Source: Azolla caroliniana
Taxonomy: Eukaryota > Plantae > Polypodiophyta
DNA: 64,000 nt
Reading direction: 5' to 3'
NCBI GenBank assembly: GCA_043228905.1
Contig: JBHGNT010000005.1
Location: forward strand, 4,836,001 to 4,900,000
Made by a program: the position numbers and the translations under genes. Under the pieces are notes generated by a model, which was not told the DNA's origin, searched no databases, and worked only from the letters and a program-made list of their open reading frames with translations. Below, piece by piece: positions 35,667 through 49,380 of the stretch. The first letter of the stretch is position 1. The number at the start of each line of letters is the position of its first letter.

Positions 35667-37523
35667 CGAAGAAATTAAGACTACCTGTATATTCTTGTGT
35701 GGATGATTGAAGTATCGATATGTGTGTGTATGTTATTTGGGAATTGTTTTTGAGGAAAAATTATGTTCGTGATGGGAATCCATTTGTTGACTTGTGTGTG
35801 CTATATGTAAAATGGATTTGAGGTTGAATAATCTTCATGAATTCTCTTTTGCCAGTGGGATATTATAAAGTGTTGTACACATTGCAAACCAATGTCGATG
35901 GAGTTCAACAAATGTTACTGAACATTGTTGATGAATGAAAGCGAGCCTTGTCAGTACAATGATGTTACAGATACAATGTGAGTGGGCATGATTTTTGCAT
36001 ATTGTCTTGCCGTTGATTAGGTAGATGAGATACATGAGTCAAAAGGGAAACTTAACAGTGAGTTTATTGGAATCTGAGCTCCAGCCTAGAGTTAACATTA
36101 TCCCTGGTTGACACACTAGGTTGTATGTAGACACCAAGATCGAACAAATTAGAAGATACAATCATTGAACCCTCATCATGAGCATTGAGTATCACTTTCA
36201 TAATGGGTCGAAGAATGATGAATCCATGAGCAGAAAAAACAAGATGCAAACGCGAGTCTAGAGCTTTCAGTGTTTATTGTCTTTATCACAGAATGAAACC
36301 ACTTTTTGAAGTCTACCGTCATCTTTGTTGGCATTGAAGTAATTATATTGTTAGTTGGCATTGAATTTTTGTAGGTAACAATCATCTTTCATTAGCATCA
36401 ACCATCATAATTTGCTTCCTCTCATGGAGTGATCTCTCATCTACTAGAATAGCTCGAGTTGATTTTAAAATGTATATTAATTGTGAGTAGTATTTATTTC
36501 AGTTGCTTTTCCCTTGAATTATGTCTTTTCAAAGCCAAGTTAGCTTAGGTTACAAATGTACATAAATCCTAACTAGTTGTCACGTTTAAGTTCTATTTTT
36601 ACTTTATTTTATTTTAGTTCTGATGATTGGCTAAATACCCATTTTGTTGTAAACCAACTGTCTCATGGGCCAATTTTGGCCTTAATAAGACGTTAATACA
36701 TCTTTCTTTCTCACCTTTGACCATGAACGCTGTCCAAGCAGATTAGATCACCGTCAAAGTGAAATCATAACAGATTAGTTATCCTTTTTATGCCCAACCC
36801 GTCACTGGAAGGGTCAAGGTTGATCCTTGTAGTGCTCAAGAAGAGGAATATCAATCGCTTGGCCAAACATCAGCCTTTATGATGGCGTGTTGTGTGTGTG
36901 AAGGGAGAAAAACTCCTAAAAGCCAAGTTTTACAAGAGGCCAAATTTCTTGACTGAAAGGTCACTAGAAAAAGAGAGGAAATGATGAGTCAGTTCAAGGT
37001 GTTCACAATCTTTGCACCAACAAAGTTATATCTCCACTTTGATACTGCTGATTGAGGGGCGCAGACCATTGTATATCCTATTGAAGACCATTATGCTGCA
37101 ACTGATGTTGCAATTATGTAGAGCATGCCTTATAACAGGAAATTATTATCGTTGACATCTGATCAATGCAGCTGGTAGGGATTTTCAAGGAACAAACCAT
37201 CCATGCAATGGCATTTTATTAGAAAATAAAGAGTAGAGAATGTCACCAAGAGTAGAGAATGTCACCATTTCATCTAGAGTGAGTTCCACTTTTTCCATTC
37301 AAAATGCGATGAGTCTCTTTTTACATAAAATCAACATGCATTTTACATTTGATGTTTAATCAAAGTCTTTCATTACATTCAGATCCCCACACACTAATTT
37401 GATCAGGATTTTGATCTCTTACTTGGACCACTAATTTCATTGGATTTCTACTAAGGCATATAGCACTGTTTGATTTTTTGCAATGCCACTTGGATAATTA
37501 GTTACCCAGAATATAATAATGAG

Positions 37524-40500
37524 CTAAACATTACATCTTTTCCAAATTTCTTTTCGTTTTAGCTTCAAATTTTCATCTCTGAACACTTCAATCTCATATA
37601 GTTTGGGCCAATCTTTTCCAGTAACTGCCAGCAGAAGTCATAAGACACTCGATAAATTATAAGCAGGCAATTACTGGACAGTACAAATTTATTTATGAGA
37701 GCAAATAAACAAAAAGCGCACCGAAAATTCGGTCCTTCTCTGGATCCCAAGCTATACCATTCAATACATCAATGAACTATAAAAGCAAAAAGACAAAGAC
37801 CACGTCAGTTTAAATCTGAAAAAAGAAACTAAAAAAATAAGAGGAAACTCAAAAACCCATGTATGTTTATATCTGAAAAAAATTAACTCATTATCTTCAG
37901 AAGCTCCTACTTTTCCTTTTGCTATACAGAGAAATCCTTACATTGTTGCCTTCAGCAAGAAGATTGCTCCTGTCATTGATACAAATTTAATTACTCAATT
38001 TACTACATTAAAACAAAGATAATTATATGCAAAAACAAAATGCAATGAATTGTCTGTGTTTCTGTACCATTTGAAAAAACCAAACATAAATAAAAACATG
38101 TATATCGCTTTTCTAATGGATTTAAAAGATTACAAGTGCTACCAAACTTGTGCATATGTAAGTGTTTAACCTGAGTCCATGAAGAAGAATCCAACCAAGT
38201 ACCCTTCCGTTTTTAGGGGAGATCCTAACAATACAATCCGTCTGCCAAAAAAAAAATGAAAGGTCAAAAGACACATTTACGTGGAAATTTTGTCAAATTT
38301 CTACGCAATAGTTTTCAATAGAACCAATAGATATATTACCATCCACACATTGGCCCATAGTTCATCATGAACATATTCTAGCTCATTAAGCTGAAAGATT
38401 TCTTTGGTCTCATCCTTCACTACATATTTTCTTTCCTCTGCATAGCATAAACACAGATATTTACAACACATTATGATTGTATTTCCAATGCTCATGTTAT
38501 CTCTTGTAATTAGAGGAGTATACAATATTAAGCTCCCAGTTTATCTTGAGATTGATTGAGACAATGAGTATACACCATATGATGATTATTGAATCAGCAT
38601 AATGGTCTCGTTCACATTATGGAAAATATTACATATCGCAAATTCCTTTCCCTGTCTACCTTCTCCCGTCTTAAAACAATTAACAAATTATAGTTACTAG
38701 TGATTATATGACAATGTGCAAACACGAGTATACAATATTAAGCTCCCAGTTTATCTTGAGATTGATTGAGACAATGAGTATACACCATATGATGATTATT
38801 GAATCAGCATAATGGTCTCGTTCACATTATGGAAAATATTACATATCGCAAATTCCTTTCCCTGTCTACCTTTTCCCGTCTTAAAACAATTAACAAATTA
38901 TAGTTACTAGTGATTATATGACAATGTGCAAACCTTTGAAAGTAGATGGTTCCATCACATATATAGTTGAACTGCCATCACTCCCATATAGGACTTTACC
39001 ATCAGTAGCCAATCCCCATCCATCTTTCATTGGATGTTGGAATTTCCCTGACTATGAAAAATGATATGAAAGCATGATCGTTACCAAAAATTGAGGATTT
39101 ATTACCGAGTTTCCATGTTTTTATAAGTTTTTCTATTATAGGAAAGATAGAGGTACCCACTTACCAAAGAAAGAGTGCTCTCATCATAAATGAACCCATA
39201 TGTGATCTTCCAAGCCACTTGAAGTAATCTAGCAAAACAAAGTAAGTTCATGTTAAAATAAACTGAATATGCAAAGATAATTAAGACTAAAGACAGTTAA
39301 GAAGATCAGTTAAGTCTGACCTGTGATTGAAAAGGGTAAGTCCTTCACCAAAATATTGGCTGCTCATTTTGTTCTCTATTAAAACCTGCAATTTCACTTT
39401 TTCTTTTTTAATCAACGAAAGAAGGATGCTCTTCCAATATTCTGAGGTTTTCAAAACAAAGATATAACACTTTTCCACCTCTTATCCATCATAATCAAAG
39501 TAGGTATGCATATGAGATCCGAGAGATTAAACAGGGATAGCCTATCCAAGGTTTTCAAAATAGATTATAATATAGGTGCTAGAGACGTAAAGTAGGTATA
39601 GACATGAAATCAAGAGACACAACATCAGCTCTCTTTTGGCTGTTTAGCATTTCTATGGTAGAAACTTGAAAGAGCTTCAAAAAAACTGGACAAATGGGTG
39701 GTTATAATTTATAAGATATTAAAGTATATCAAGCACGTACCTTACTGTATATAGGTTCTCACATCCTTATATAATGCAACAGGGATTATTTTTCATGCTA
39801 CAGTAAGTATAATTATTATAAGATCTTGATAGCAACATATTCGTTAGATGAAACTCTAATCAATTAATAGACAACCACTTAATCTGAGAATAATCAAGTT
39901 ATACAATAATCCATCCTTTGATTGTTGGATGTTCTTATATTGGAGTCAGAGAACTACAATGCACTATGAAGCAGAACCAGGGAAGGGGAAGCATAACGTA
40001 AGGAAACACCGCTTCTTGCCATTGCGATAGGCGACCTGCAGCATACAGTTTTGTACTAGGAAAAAAAGTACTATATATTATAATCTGCAATTTGGCAGCA
40101 TGGACACCCATTTTAGAACATGGTTCTTCCATCCTCTTCCATATGGAGGAATATGGATTACTTGGGTAAAGCCGACAAATTAAAGGCAGCAACTTGAGAG
40201 AAAACGTGAAGGAGGATTTGTTGTTTGCATTCCGATAATCTCTTCCCTTACATAATTCCTACAAATTCAACTATTCTGTTGATTTTATTTTCTACGTGAT
40301 TCATGGGTTTGTTTAGTTGAGTGATGTTCGAAACCTTACATGTGGTGGAGACATCCAACAGTGAGTAAACCCTGGTGGTGTTAAGAGTCTACTGCCCGAT
40401 ATATAAGCCCAAGTTACATGGAAAGAAACTATTATTTGGGTGCAGAATAAAATCATCAATTCATACTTCATTAAATCATCTCAAAGTAGAGAATCTAGAT

Positions 40501-42995
40501 AGCTTGACCAAATGCGCAGGCACAACAAAGATCTTTGCGAGCTATACCATGCAGATATAATATGAGAAGTCTATTACACATGAAGTTGCCCTGCCAGCAA
40601 GGGGATGTGAGACACATATAGCAACCTTTAAGTAAGAGTATCATCTTTTCAGAGCTGATGAGAGCACCCAATGAGAGGCAACTAGGTCTCTTCTTACTTG
40701 TGCCTCCCCATTACTGAACTATTCTATTACTATGGCAAGCATGAATGCAAGGCCTATTTAAAGGGTATTCAAAAAATTAACATATACTAGGCACTGCACT
40801 TCCCCAATAGGATTCATGTGTCAATCATCATTCACCAAGTAGTCTAGTTTCTATCATTGTAGCTCCTTGCAACTAATAGTTGTTTCTTTTTCCTGGTCTA
40901 TATGTATATTGTGTCAGAAGAAACATTGTGAGTTTGCAAGCTTTTGAGCATTCATTTTGAGTGTCACTTCATTCCAAAGTTAACAGTTTTCATTGGAATT
41001 AAACAATTTTCTTAATTTCCAAGAGAAATAAGTAAAGAGGAAGCTGTGTAGATATAGAGCTTAAAAGATAGACCATACAGTTTACAATAGAATCTTTGGT
41101 AATGGATTCAAACCTCTCCAGAAGGTGCGTGCACTTTCCTTACAGATGACTGCAAAAATGTAGCATAATGGAAGAAGTAAGATGTTGATATTCCCTATTA
41201 CTGCAAAGACATCACATGCTCATAGTACATTACCCATGATAGATGATGAATTCATAACTTACTAATCCATATAATCCTGTGGACTCGTAAAATGTATCAT
41301 TCCCTGCAAAAACAAGCCCCTGGAAAAGCAAAAAACTTGGGTTTACTGAAAGAATAAAAACCGATAGAGAGGCCATCTTATATGTGAATATGGGTGAAAT
41401 CAAAGCTAGGGATAGGTAAATGAGCCTAATGGGCAACATTACTAAGCAATGAGATGCTTTGCATGATCCATGGGCAGAGATAGTGGCGCAAAAGACATCT
41501 CCATGCCACTAGCAACACAATTGGGTCAAATTCATTCATGTAATGGATCGGGAGAAGAAGATGTTCATTAAAGTAGATATATCCAAGTTTATGAATAATA
41601 ATCCTTAACCTGAGGAGCTAAAACCTGAGCATAGAATAATTTCCGAATCCAGATTATGGCTATCCCCATTTATGGCTGAATGCTGATTGGCTTATCTCCA
41701 GCTTTGATATGAACCTATCACATATAAAACCTGTATCCAGATTATAACTATCCACGCTATAGATGGCTATAAGGCTCCCAGATGCTAATTGGCCTTTTTC
41801 TAGCCCCTGATTTGCCTCTTGTTCTCATGGTAAATGCTTAATTAGTAGTTACACATATGCTCAAAACATCTGAGGAGCATAGACTTTGATAGATGCGTAG
41901 TTAATAGGTACATAGCTTGCTCTTAACATCTATGAAACAGAGAAGTTCATAACCTGTGTGAAGGCCTGTGGATCATGCTCATATTCATTCACGATTTTGT
42001 ATGCATAAATGTCATAGCTGCCCTTATGAGAATCGGAAGATGCCTGATGAAGCAAAGGCAGCAAACATACACACTTCCTTAGAGAAGAAACCCGCTCAAT
42101 TGGAGCAGAAACCAGATTAGAATCCTAATTTAGCAATACATTCTCAGAATTTGACCTTTCTTTTCTGTTCACAATCTTTGTAAAATGACGTAAAATTGAC
42201 AATATATCCTCAGATTTACAAAGTATTTTTATATTGAGAGTCACATAACAGTATCCCCTCATATGCTAATTACAAGATTCGTCTGATTTTTATGAAAATT
42301 CTCTTCATAATCATCATAAAAAATAAATATACAAGTACCATATACAATATAATTGCTAGAAATCTGACCTTTACCATATTTTCTTTCTAAAATCATTATG
42401 AAAAAACCTAGATTTAAAATATCATTGACATGATAGCTAGGGTTCTATCACATATTTCTCGTTAGAATCCTCACAAAAAACTCCAACTTTCAGACATCGT
42501 TCACATGATAATTACAATATTCTTTGATCTCTACAATTTATAACTTTAGAAGGAGAAAAAGAAAACTCAAATTTTACAAATGACAACTGTAAGATCTTTC
42601 GAAACTTCACCACAGTTTCTTTTCCTTAATCTTCAGACAAAAAGAAGAAGAAGAAGTAATTCATTTAAGAAGCACCGTCAATCACAAGAATGTCAAAGAA
42701 GATCAAATAAGCATACCTGCTTCAATCCGAAGCTTCGAGAAGCAGAGTAGATTATGAGGATTAACATCGCGAGAAGGGGACATAGAAACTTAATTAAATG
42801 AGTTTTGTTACTCTGGAGAAAGGAAGGGGTAGCAGGGGAGATACTCAATGACTTGACTGATTCTTGCCTCGCCATGGAGGCTTTAATGGAAGACCTTCGG
42901 GATAAAGATGAAGATGATGGTGATGGTGATGGTGATGGTGATGGTGAAGAGGAGGAGGAGGATGAAATGCGAGATTTAACTTTAGACAGTGGCAT
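37524..42995 (-). CDS. QCT: Plant glutaminyl-peptide cyclotransferase (glutaminyl cyclase), about 12 exons
   Basis: Exons translate to an N-terminal TM anchor, YEHDPQAFTQ (42043-41954), GLVFAGNDTFYESTGLYG, YFGEGLTL, MKDGWGLATDG...GSDGSS, LNELEYVHDELWANVW, DVLNGIAWD and VTGKDWPKLYEI, with GT-AG boundaries. Confidence 0.93.
38516..38933. repeat. Near-perfect tandem duplication, 210-bp unit x2, inside a QCT intron
   Basis: Copies start at 38516 and 38726; one substitution seen (TTCTCCCGTC vs TTTTCCCGTC). Confidence 0.95.
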
Positions 42996-43088
42996 CGGGG
43001 TGGGTGCAGAGTATCAGACAGAGGAAGAGGGGGGAAACAAAAGGGAAGAAAGTGAAACAAACGAAAAAGGAGAAAGCGAATGAAACGA

Positions 43089-43125
<37 letters not shown>

Positions 43126-44575
43126 AGAAAATATGTATCCCTTTGAAGGACACCCAGATTTCCAGAACACATTATAAATTTATATCTATAGCTCAATCCC
43201 CCCGGCACAGGCTCTTTGTGTCTATCGGAGATCGGACAACCTGAAAGAAACCTTAATCCCACGATCCGCCACTACCATATCACATCACTAGAATGTCGTA
43301 GCCTATTGTTCCAAAGATGAAAAAAAGAAAGTTGCATGCTCTCTCTCTCTCTCAAGAATGCCGCACCCTCAATTCGACATCTAACTAACGTAAGGAATTA
43401 TCTAGGATGTGCTATTGTAAAGGTTGACAGAGAGTTGGCAAGCATTAAGGCTCTCATGTCGTATGCTAAATCTTGAATGACATTCGTATTGATCATATAA
43501 AAGGTAAGTCTTCCCCCATACTTGATTCTTGAGAAGATTGTTTATATGTCGTTGATAGTGATCTAAATTTGTGACAAAACCGGCCCTTGAAATTGGATAG
43601 AAATTGAGTTCAAGATGTAGATGTCTCCCCATGTTTGCCAAGGTAGTTCGAAAGCAAGAGATGGTCTTGATTTGGCCATGGAGCAAGTGTCTCAAAACTA
43701 TGATCACACCTCTTGCGTGTTGCAAAATACTAGATGGGATTGTCCAAGCACACATGATGGAATAGGTATTTGCCATTGAAATGCCTCTTGTATGTATAGC
43801 GAGAGAATGATGACAGATCATCACCTCAAGTAAGTCATAGATCTAAATTATTGGGGTAAGTCCAATAAATAATTTATTCACTTATTGTATAGATATCATT
43901 TTATTCACTTCTCACGCATTTTAGTGGTGTAACATACACATTCCATGGATTCTTTGCAATATATTCCAAGAATAATCATGCTTGCACTATGAACAATTGT
44001 GTTGACACAACAATGTCCTTTTGAAACCCTTGGATATTTCTCCCCATTGAATGAACAAAACCAAATAAAACAGACAAACCCACTATACTAATGATTTTCT
44101 TAACGCCTTTTGCACAAAATGAAATAGAAACATACATTAATTAGGAGTTAAACACCAGGTTAACACTTCATAATGCTAGCTACATATACAAAGTAGGCAC
44201 TTCACAACATCAATCAAGTTTGCAAACAGAATTATGATGCATCATCCTGCATTTTATCAATAACCAGTGTGATCACATACAACCTTTCCGTACAACTCTT
44301 GCTGATTCTCACAATATAATTTACAAAAGAGCAATCTGCAATGCTATTTTGACGATCAAAAACTATAATCCGTATTTTGATTGATACCCATCACTTAGAT
44401 CCAACATCTGCCAATAAAGTACCTTTTCATCAACATAAATGCTAGTATCTCATATACAAAGTATTTGAAATCCTTTTCATTCATAATAGTTAAAAATCTG
44501 GAAATATACTCCTTAATCATCACAGTAAAAAAACATGCATCTTTTCATATCTCTGAGATTGTTCAAGATTCAAGA

Positions 44576-45754
44576 CTAAGCTTCTTTCTCATACTTAAGA
44601 GGCTTAACAACCTCCCAAGTGAAATCAGGGTCATTACGACCAAAATGCCCATAGGCAGCAGTCTTCTGATACCTCTTATTCCCACCTCGTCGAAGATCGA
44701 GATCAATGGCAATCATACCAGGGCGGAAATCAAAGTTTTTCTTTACAATCTTCAAGATCTCAGAATCAGGAATGCTACCAGTGCCATAGGTATCCACAAA
44801 CACCGATAAAGGTTCAGGAACACCGATTGCGTAAGAGACTTGTACAAGGCATCGGCGAGCAAGATGAGAAGCCACAACACTCTTAGCAGCTTGCCTCACA
44901 ATATAAGCACCACTTCGATCAACTTTTGTGGGATCTTTACCAGAGAAAGCACCACCACCATGAGCACCCCATCCACCATATGTGTCGATGATTATCTTTC
45001 TTCCGGTTAGACCAGCGTCTCCATGAGGGCCACCAATCACGAATCGGCCAGATGGGTTTAAGTGGAAAATGGTCTTCTCATCCAAATACTTTTCAGGAAT
45101 AACTGGCTTAATCACATGCTCGCGCAAATCAGAAACAATTTGATCATTTGTGACTGTTTCATCATGTTGAGTTGAGATAAGTACAGTATGAACTCTGAGC
45201 GGAACCATAGCACCTCCTTCATTTTTGTATTCCACAGTAACCTGAGTTTTTCCATCAGGTCGAAGCCATGGACATGTTCCATTCTTCCTAACCTCAGTTA
45301 GTTTTGACCCTAGTTTTGTAGCCAAGACATGGCTCAATGGCATCAACTCCTCTGTTTCATCTGTAGCATATCCAAACATATGTCCTTGATCACCTGCACC
45401 AATCTCTTCTGGCTTTTTTGTGAAGTGGCCATGAACAACTTGTGCAATATCAGGACTCTGTTGTTCAATGTTCACCAATATTTTGCAGTTATCAGCATCC
45501 AAACCAACTTCTTCAGATACAAAGCCAATCTCTCTACACGTGTCTCGCACAATCTTTTCATAATCAACCTTTGCTTTAGTTGTGATCTCACCAAATATCA
45601 TCACCATATTCGTCTTAGTACAAGTTTCACATGCTACCTTGCTCTCAGGGTCTTGTTCCAAACAAGCATCAAGAATTGCATCTGAGACTTGGTCACAGAG
45701 TTTATCAGGGTGTCCTTCATTCACAGACTCGGAGGTAAAGAGGAATGTATCCAT
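44576..45754 (-). CDS. SAMS: S-adenosylmethionine synthetase (methionine adenosyltransferase), intronless CDS, 392 aa
   Basis: [42 protein letters not shown] and AAYGHFGR. A 5'-UTR intron acceptor lies at 45770-45769. Confidence 0.98.
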   Translation of the reverse strand: MDTFLFTSESVNEGHPDKLCDQVSDAILDACLEQDPESKVACETCTKTNMVMIFGEITTKAKVDYEKIVRDTCREIGFVSEEVGLDADNCKILVNIEQQSPDIAQVVHGHFTKKPEEIGAGDQGHMFGYATDETEELMPLSHVLATKLGSKLTEVRKNGTCPWLRPDGKTQVTVEYKNEGGAMVPLRVHTVLISTQHDETVTNDQIVSDLREHVIKPVIPEKYLDEKTIFHLNPSGRFVIGGPHGDAGLTGRKIIIDTYGGWGAHGGGAFSGKDPTKVDRSGAYIVRQAAKSVVASHLARRCLVQVSYAIGVPEPLSVFVDTYGTGSIPDSEILKIVKKNFDFRPGMIAIDLDLRRGGNKRYQKTAAYGHFGRNDPDFTWEVVKPLKYEKEA

Positions 45755-47892
45755 TTTTCAGTCCAGTTCTGTAAACGGTTGGTTCAAGACAATGCATCAA
45801 GAGAGGTCTATATTTTAAGCTTGTGTAGATTATGAACCAACATTGCAGAAACATGAAGTGCACAAACTGACCAGTCAGAACTTACCAGCAACACTTGAGA
45901 TTGATTTCAACAAAGAACAATAGCAATGATTCAATTCAATTCATAGTTAAATGAAAAATATAGAGCATTGTTCGCATCATATATATAATGTGTTTCTCCC
46001 GATTGGACAATGTAGAGTTAGTATACATCAGTGGCCTAAATGAGACTAAATATGGAATATTATAAGGTTTCTGTTATTAGCGTTCTTTACAGCCTTATAA
46101 GACAACAATCATACAGTCATGATTCAGTCCTTTATCAGGCTTGAATATGTAAATGCTGTAAAGCAACTTAATATTTATTTTTGTTTTAAAAACCATTAGT
46201 TTTTTATTTATTCAAGCCTTCAAATATTCCTACTTTATTTACTGGGAAAAAGATGGCTTTTAGTTATGTGGAATACCAAAAGATCATGATATAAGAAATC
46301 TATCCACAAAAAAAATAAAATCTTACTGAAACCCTTGATAGATGTTCTTCACCAAAATCAGTCACATGCATAGTTTGGAAATTAAATATTGTTACGATAT
46401 AGACTATTATACAAAAACTGCGAAGAAATTTTTAACGGAGATAAGAACCTGAGAAGCAGAAAAAACAGATAGTTTTAAGTTCTCGATGTGGCAAGAGTTA
46501 TCTGGATAACAATCCTATCGGGAAAGCATTAAAGAGAAACAAGCTTTGAAATGACGAAGCGACCTTGCTAACTGTCAAGAATGCCTCTTAACACTACCAC
46601 GCGTCAGGAGGATAAAGGTAAAGAAACATATTGTAAGCTTAAGGAAGAAACCTTTTTAAGTATCAAGAAAAGCTAATATAGAGAAGAAACACATAGTTTT
46701 CACTTGCTGATATGGCATGAATTATATGCATAATAATCTTATAACAAACATAAAAAAGAAAGAAAATTTAAGAGGAATAATTTATATTAGCGAGCCACTA
46801 CTAAGTGGCAACACATTCTCTGAGGGAATGAGAATCTTTTGCAGGCTAGTAGAGGAAGCTTGCAAAAAAATGCAGTCATCAATACAAAAAGGCCGTAAAC
46901 ATGATTACTTTCCTAATAACCTATGGTATGGCGAGCTTACTTGATTAAACCCCGAGGATATAGAAGGTAAGGAATCTTTCAGATAGGAAGGAAATCGTGG
47001 ACAGGTCACAGAAACAGAAACCTACCGTGATCCATGATTACATGCATACCGTAATAGCTAATGAATACCTAAAAGGAATAAACGGAGATCATGCTAGAGA
47101 AATCGTAAATATCTTGAAAAGAGACAAACTATTCGATTCAGGAAAGGAATACCGTGAACAGCGTGATTACATGCATGATCGTAAGACGAAAACCAATATA
47201 AGGAAGCTTGAAATTGAAGCAAGATATGGCGAGCTTATATGAGAAACAATATACGATATAGCAAAAGAAAACCTTCACGTGATTTTCAGATGATTATACG
47301 CACAGTCCGGTACATGAAGGGAAAATCTAGAATAGAAACAATAGTCTTTCGCATGATTAATCCTGGGAGAAAAACAAGCAAAATAAGTCTAAATTTCTTG
47401 AAAGATATGGCAAACTTTACCTTGCGCACTAAATAGATAATTATAAAAAGAACAAGCCATAGCAAGGATGGCATCCATAGTAATACGAAGAAGAAACCAC
47501 AGCAAGGATTACACCCATAGTAATCAGAAGAAACCACAGCAAGGATTACATGCAAATAAATCCGATAAAGAAACCATTGCAAGGAATACACACATAATAT
47601 TCAAAAGAAGAAATCAATCATATAGCAAGCAGATATTTGAGGGTGTGAATCAAATATATGGCGAGCTTATCTCAGAGGATATAACAGAAGGAAACCATAA
47701 TATTACTAAGAAGAAACAATTGCAGAAGGAACTTGAAGGTGTGCAGAGAAACTATGGCGATTTTACCTGTGGAACCCGTAAGAGCAGAAGATTCAGAGGA
47801 ACGAATCAGATGGAAGAGAAAACAAAACCAGCAGCACCTAACGCCAAGGTTATTCTTATTATACTCCAGCAGAAAAAACCACAAGTTCTTTC

Positions 47893-48098
47893 TTTTTTCC
47901 ATTTTCCATTTCCCATTATTCTTCTTTGTTCTTTTTCTTTTCCATTTTCCATTTTCCATTTCCCATTATTCTTCTTTGTTCTTTTTCTTTTCTATTTTCC
48001 ATTTCCCATTATTCGTCTTTGTTCTTTTTCTTTTCCATTTTCCATTTTCCATTTCCCATTATTCTTCTTTGTTCTTTTTCTTTTCTATTTTCCATTTT
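47893..48098. repeat. Pyrimidine-rich minisatellite, about 4 copies of a 45-55 bp unit, just upstream of the SAMS first exon
   Basis: TTTTCCATTTCCCATTATTCTTCTTTGTTCTTTTTC is repeated. Confidence 0.9.
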
Positions 48099-48899
48099 CG
48101 TTCCTTATATGTTCTACAAGAATGAAGTCCCAACACACACCACAAAGAGAAGCACTTAAGTCTTGGGAGATGGTTCAACAATGAGTGTGCATCACATTGT
48201 CTCATGTCCCATTTCATGCCATGCATTAATCGATCTACCCACCCACCATCATGTTCTTCCGATTAGTGCCCCATTGTGCATCGAATCAACTAACTACTCA
48301 TTCCCATCATCAATTGGGATGTTGTTACAACAACGTCGTGGTCGAATCATTCCATGGTCGGCATGGCATGTGTTCGAGCAATGGAGCCACGATTCATCAA
48401 GGCATACCCCCCCCCCCCCCCTAAAATGGTTTGTGGTAAGAAGTCCTAGCGAGAAAGTAGTAAAAATATAGAGAATTAACTGCTTGCAAAGCTTAGCATG
48501 CAACACCCCTCACTCTCGTCCTCCTTGGATATATTATCTCAACGGCCCTTTATCGAGTGGAATCAATCATTATTACATCACAAATAAAAAATCTCGTGGC
48601 ATGGCATAGGAGATAAGATATCATAAATAGTAAGTGTGTTGATGATTATTACAGAGGAGAAGCACTCTAGCAAAGGAAACGAGTGTTGGGATCAACATGG
48701 CATCATCTTAAAATTTGTGCATACGAACTAGCAGCATTAGAGGAAGAAGCCTTACGAGGCCACACATGAAGAAAATGTTCGCCAATATATGAATGTAGGA
48801 AATGGAAGACAAGGGCACACAAAATTGTGCACGCATGTTGAAAGAGAAAACGTCTGAGCAAAAAAATTATTGTCCATACATCAAACAATGATCCTAGCA

Positions 48900-49380
48900 T
48901 TTGAGCGAAGGCAACTTAATTGGCAAGTGGTGTCTCCTCATTGTCAATTCATCACAAGAACACCCCATAAAAGAAGAGCCAACGAGAGAGTGAGAGAACT
49001 TAGAAGTGGGGAAGATTTAGATGGCACCCCATGTTGAGTGATAAAGATAACAACAAAGCGAATGCAATGTAGTGTAGAGCAAATATAGAAAACAAGGTGG
49101 GATCTTGTTTGGGTTCCATATGTTGAGTCATTGAGTGGGTTACCACAATAATATAGACAACCATTGCACTTGATCGGCAAGTTCTTATTAATCCCCCTTC
49201 ATAAAGAGACACGGAAAACATTTGTTGGAGGAAGAACAACAGCCAAGAAAATTCATGACGTTGCTCTATTAAAATTGTGGCAAAATAAACATGACATGAA
49301 AATGGGGCCATCAATTTCAACAATTGTTGTTGAATAAAAAATTCTCTATAAAGTGCCAAAGGTGACTACAACACTTAAAT
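48900..49380 (-). mobile_element. Possible degenerate non-LTR (CRE/NeSL-like) reverse transcriptase remnant
   Basis: Across a frameshift the minus strand gives LYYCG..LNDSTYGTQ then QDPT..IFALHYIA, resembling the GxxQGDPLxxxLFxL RT motif. Confidence 0.3.

Noticed and set aside
43402-43824. 140-aa minus-strand ORF between QCT and SAMS
   Set aside because: Non-ATG start, no recognisable motif or splice structure; probably decayed repeat sequence.
47468-48184. 238-aa ORF with a hydrophobic Phe-rich repeat
   Set aside because: It is antisense to the SAMS leader, and the Phe-rich part is simply the translated pyrimidine minisatellite.
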